From Tubulanus polymorphus (Eukaryota; Animalia; Nemertea), in contig NC_134026.1 in assembly GCF_964204645.1 (NCBI RefSeq), positions 2,441,950-2,505,949 on the forward strand: a stretch of DNA of 64,000 bases, written 5' to 3'. Shown here one piece after another: positions 58,407 through 64,000 of the stretch; the first letter of the stretch is position 1; each line of letters opens with the position of its first letter. The notes below the pieces were generated by a model. The model saw only the letters and a list, made by a program, of their open reading frames with translations. It ran no database searches and was not told the DNA's origin. Position numbers and translations under genes: made by a program.

Positions 58407-60527
58407 ATATGGTATAAGCAGCAGATGTGATAGAGCTGTCTACACCATCTGATCCAGCAATTATTATTCCATAGTTATATACTAGCATATAGTATACCAG
58501 GGATCTGTCCTAGGTCCCAGGGCCCGGCGGTTTCTGCAGTATCGCAATCAACGAGCCCCGATAAAAAATGACGGGTCATCCAGTTCACCGAGGGATCTGA
58601 CCGAACCAGCAATTTATATTCCCAATAAACAAACATTTCCTGACAATAAATGACATCACAAAAAAGGCTCACACTCCAGCATATATATATATGTAGCTTA
58701 TATTGACAACTATTGTGCGCGATGAAATGGAATGTTTTTATCGTAGAAATCTCTGCACTCGTATTTCCATTCAAATTCAAAACCCAAGAACACCTGTTTT
58801 TATCTGTTGAATAATTCATAACACTGAAACATAGCCATACATAACAACGGCCGAAAATATTAGTTATGATAACCGGAGATGAGTGTGTAAAACTAATTCC
58901 ATGTGTATGAAATAACTAGATAGAATACCACCAAAATATCACATATAATCAAATTAATTAGCCAATCATAATAAACTATTATACAGTCTACTACAGTACA
59001 TAGCACAAGTATTTGAACAGTAATTGGGGTAATTGATGTTGCCAAATATGTAAAACCTAATTATCAGTCAAGGATATACGAGTAGTTTAGTTGTGAATCA
59101 TGCGCAGGCTTATCCATGAAAATGTCAAGGTACATGAAGAAATTGAAGCGTTGAGAGATATTGCCAGTTTCTGGTAAATGATGGAAGCGGGTCTGCATCC
59201 ATTTTGTGCATTAAAACTCCAACTGGATCCCGGTGGCTATGATTGGTATCAACCGTGGACTTTATTTTTAGGTACCAAATATCAACAGAAGCTGTCTTAA
59301 GTGATGAGTGCAGTGATGTAGTGGCACGTGTCGAATGAACCGTGAACAATAAACAGAGACAATGCTGCTACGGCTCTTAAAGTTACCAAAGATGCCGTAA
59401 GAAGATTGCATCTGAAATGAATTAAACCCTACTTCTGCATTCAACCGACGACTGAGTCAAAGTGGACGGATTTAGATATGTAAGGCAAACTAGCGTCAGA
59501 GTCGATGCAAAATGAGCAAGGTCGACGTGTTTTCTACCGGAATAATTCGCCATCGAGAGAAAATCGATAAAAACGATGTCGCAGAATGACACGAGAGAAA
59601 GTTGACAACAAGGGTACACGCAAACTCTTAGATAGAAAACATGATTCAGCGTTTTACAACATCCGATAAATTAACAGTTCACCAAGGATACAAATATATT
59701 CTGTTGTCACCTCAGATTTATTCCAATTTACTGAATAATCAGAAATTATCAAAAATCAAAATCTTAAGACAAAATTCTAAAATATATTTCTTACCTTATT
59801 TCCTCAATACCTTATTTCCTCAATCTATGTCAATGATTAAGTTGCTCTAGGAATGATACTATATGAATGACTGCTTTGATCCGATGTATGTTTTAAAGTA
59901 CCTTCGCACCCCCGGTAGTCAATGAACGAGCATAGAAGAGCTTCTGGTCATTCGATTAAAAAATCGAACCATTCAAGAAACCCGGTCAACGGAAATGAAG
60001 AACGATCTAAGAATATTGCGGCTGGACATGCCGTTCATCAAGCACTATTCACGTCTGGTCCGAACAATGGAAACTATGGCTATAGTAAAACTACGTCGTT
60101 AAGACTCTTCCTTTAAGAGGCCATGAAAAAATTCATTTCATCAATGAATTTTATCAGAAAGGTCACACATCCTGTGAATAATGTTAAATAGGATCATGAT
60201 TCAAACGATCGTGTATATGACATTATTTTTAAGAGCTGTTTTTTATTCTATTCAAATATCACTTCTATAAAACCAAATATAGTTTTTCAGAGCTTCTGCG
60301 ATAATTTCAAGACGTCCCAAGTTTGCAAGATATCTAAGTCTATAACTCGCAGCCTAAGATTATGTTATTATGGTAAATATTAGGAAGTCGTTTTGTAGAC
60401 CATATTTAGAGAAATCAAGATAATTTCGATGGTATCATATATACGAAATATATACAGGTTTACAGACATTATAACAATGTAAATTCACTGGCAATTCTGT
60501 ACCATCTTACACGCGAACGCTAATAAC

Positions 60528-60541
60528 GTTACCATGGAAAC
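60528..60541. promoter_or_regulatory. RFX X-box upstream of the axotactin-like gene
   Basis: GTTACCATGGAAAC fits the GTTNCCATGGNAAC form of the X-box. Motif match only. Confidence 0.35.
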
Positions 60542-63500
60542 AACATCAGTACCGATGATGCCAGACATACTGTCTGTACAAGGTGATGGGAGACGGTGGT
60601 ACCTCGGAAAGTGGTGCTTGCCGAGCTTACAAGACTGATAACATGTCTAGTCGGGGTAAAGCGCGTTAAAGTCTATTCCTGAACGGAGACGAATGTTTAG
60701 TAAATAAGACAATTCTCTAGAGAAGGCATTAAGCAGTTTATCGCTATTAGTCGCCTTTACAATTTGTTTCATCTTTTCATCGGTCTCCGGTCTTGAAAGA
60801 AGTAGAAAAAATGTGGTAGTCAACACGTCTCTGGTATTATCATGCACTGGTATGTGCTCCTCATAAACTGTAATTATGATAATATCAATTGAACTCATCA
60901 TTTTACCATTATGCTAAATCATAATAACAGGAAGCGTGACAACATGTGGCGCCGAATGGAAGCTTTTTCCTGCATTTAGTTTTTAGCGTTCTCGTGATAA
61001 AAGACGATTGTTTGATTAGTATCGATATGTATTGATTGGATCTCAGCGGGAAGTCGATTTACTTAGACGTCTTCAAACAAGTGAACATAATTACTAATTA
61101 GATAACTGTAATCAATTCAGCTATTTAACGAGATAAAACCCAGGAAGCTGTTATCGACAATTAGAAAAATTATAGAGCCAGCTTGATAGGATAGCACGGC
61201 TTCGTCAGATCAGGTAAAAATAGCCGCCAAACTTCCGAAGCGTTCTAAGACTCCCGTGGTTAACTGACCGATTGTGGACACCTGTCAGTGATGGAGATAG
61301 AAACGGCAACAATTCAACGATTCTTTGCCTAACTGTTCACTCCTATGAAAATATCAAATTCCTAATCCCTTCACGTTAACACCCAGGTGATCAATAAGTT
61401 GTCATGTTAAACACACTGATCAGGATTAACGAATTAACCATATATAGATAGTATTATGTAATACAATTGGGAAGTGTCACATTTTCTTTTTACCTGGACA
61501 ATTCACAAATTAGATTCCTCAAATGACTAGTGCTTTAAACCATGCTTTGACACTATACTAACAAATTGTGAAAAATGATCTTCTTTCCAAACTCAGGGTA
61601 TTATAAGAATAATATTATATAACTACGCCGGTGATGGGTCTATAAATCCTATTATGATACAATATTTTCTTAGCAAACAACAGAAAACTGTACATTGATT
61701 AGACAAGAACAAATGTGCCCAGATCTTGAAATACACTTCATATGCACTTCGCGCCTTCTAAAAATGTCTTAGAATTAATTTCCTTGTTTCGAAGTCATAA
61801 TAAAACAGGGAGAAGTCAATTATGCGAAGGAAAATGAATTTGAATTGGAGAACTCGAGTCAATCGGAGGACACTCGCGAAATACTGGTTGTCATGGACGG
61901 ACATGTTTTCCTGTTTTCCCACCGACTCAAAATGTCTCATATCAAATACACTTTGCAAGTAATATTTACACTCTGTATCACTTTATGTCAACGTTAAGAG
62001 GGAACAAAATGACTCTTGTATAAAACCGCATCAATCTTTAAGTGGATATATTGCCCTAAATCTTCGCGGAATATGTCACTCTCAAAATCACGAGAATTGA
62101 AAGACGTGAGTTTTCGCTCTTTATGCGAGCGACCTCGGCCAAGTGAGTCTGTTCATATTCAGAATTCAGAATCTCAAATATCTGGCTTCAAATGCCGGAG
62201 TCTAGAATTGCATGCATAGCGATCATTTATCAAATCCATCCACTGAGACAATGGATCTACATGACAATAACAAGGTGAACAGTAGCCACAAGATGAAGTA
62301 CAGTTGCGTAATATTGAGGAAGAAATCAGAACTACGTCACCAGTACTGACGAGGCATGTATCTCTATATTAACCATAATGATTTATCAATATTGCTCGTT
62401 ATAAGAAGACGATGGTTTCATATAGACTAATAGATCATGTACACCGTCTAACTTCAGGTCCAAAATGCCCATCTTTCTAAGACAATGTCTAGCAACACGA
62501 CATCGAAATACAGACATTCTGTGAGGCATATGAATTTCTAAATTGATATAAATGATGCAATTTGAATGAATTGATACATCTACTTAGTAAGTAGAGCAAT
62601 ATAGCAATAGATAGAGTACTGTAACTTCTTAAAGATACTAGTTCCCACGTGTTTTAACAATGCTGTTTGTTTCTCACGTAAAGATCTTTCAACTCTCAAC
62701 ATTTGAAAACCGTGTTCAAAAGCTGCTCTCAAACGCTGGCATTATCTGATCTTTTGACTCATACATTACTAAACCGCTCAAAAGACTTTCTCTATCCAGA
62801 TATTTTTGGCCACGCCGAGTAAAAATCCACTACTGTTCAGAATGTTAAGAGATTTGTTTCACCAACCACCACACCACAAGAGTCAGGGCAAAAACAAAGA
62901 AGAATTCTATGAAAGATGTGTTTTTTCTTTGTAGTAGGAGAGTTTAACCGCTGTATGTGTGAACAGAATGATAAGATATAGAACTGATATTCAATCCATA
63001 AAACCATCTTCCTTTCATGTGCACAGATAAATAACATCAAATGAAATACATGCCATGTCTTCAATAAACGTAAAAGAGTTTTATGATGCTTTTCAATATT
63101 TATCGTATCTCTGAGTTGAGGTTGATATCTAGTCTCGCAATTTATTTTTCACCAAAAATGATACATAAGTAAAATGAAACTCACTTCTGTTCAAAGGCAA
63201 TTCAGACAAATCTTCCGAATTTCACCTTTTACGGAACAAGTGCTTCAAACTACACTGAGCTGTCTCAGTAATTATGGTTATCCAACAAAACTTAATTGGC
63301 TTCGCTTGTAAGCTGGGTATCACATCAGCTATATACTATATCATAGATATATCTGCTAAAACCAGTTTGAAAAATCAAGTCAGGTAAAACCATCTGTTCC
63401 TATTACAATGCACGATATTATTAACATAGCACAATAAAACAGAACTGTGCTAAAAATGTACATAACGTATTCGTATATGAATATATGTGATAAAACAGTT

Positions 63501-64000
63501 ACAACTATATATGAGGAATGATTGATCACTGATTTATTCCAAAATTCAAAACATAGTCATCTAGATTGATTATTTTGTCAACAAGCGGCAAGCAGCAAAA
63601 AACGTTTTATATATTTTTTGTGGAAACAAGTTCTATATAATATGTATGTACATGGGGACTGCAGAAATCAAAGCTATTCATAAAGTCTGATTTAATAGCA
63701 ATAATTGGTCTGAAAATGTAGAACATGCTCGTTGGCCTTTCAATATAAAACAGGTAATGAAATATCGAGTTTGCACTTAAAAAATATACCGAGTATTCGT
63801 TCATACCCCGAATGGCAAGTTGTTCTAAATCAAGAGACGTCCGCATAAAATTAGGATTAAAACTGAACTGGTACATTTTTATATGATTTATCGCTATTTG
63901 AGTTCACGACGTGTAAACAGATTGCGCGATGGTCGAGATGAAATCTCTCCGTTAAATAAATTCCACTTCCGCGGCTTCTGAAGATTTTATGTAATTATAC

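Noticed and set aside
58500-64000. Short ORFs in the rightmost 5.5 kb
   Set aside because: No motifs or consistent exon chain; treated as upstream/intergenic sequence.

Overview
AT-rich, intron-dense animal genomic DNA, probably a compact invertebrate genome (lineage is inferred, not identified). Left to right: (1) first coding exon of CUX1/CASP (- strand, gene runs off the left edge, GC splice donor); (2) a ~2.78-kb tandem triplication (~3243-13000) whose first unit carries a 1.4-kb TTAA-flanked Kolobok-type DNA transposon, apparently lying inside a small unannotated spliced gene (-, candidate 61-aa protein); (3) NUP88 (+); (4) two tandem NDUFS8 (complex I TYKY) paralogs (-) with a central homogenised tract; (5) a two-exon Gln/Pro-rich orphan gene (-); (6) an EFCAB3-like EF-hand gene (-) head-to-head with RAE1 (+); (7) a >20-kb axotactin-type neurexin-superfamily gene (-) with a His-rich tail and C-terminal ETML. 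Several MITEs are present, including a 339-bp family whose TIRs resemble tRNA-Ser/Pol III promoters. I see no CRISPR array, rRNA, intact tRNA or prokaryotic system, and no clear-cut new multi-gene system. The best leads are the NDUFS8 paralog pair, the tRNA-ended MITE and the candidate microprotein gene. Exon boundaries were read by eye and need RNA-seq confirmation.
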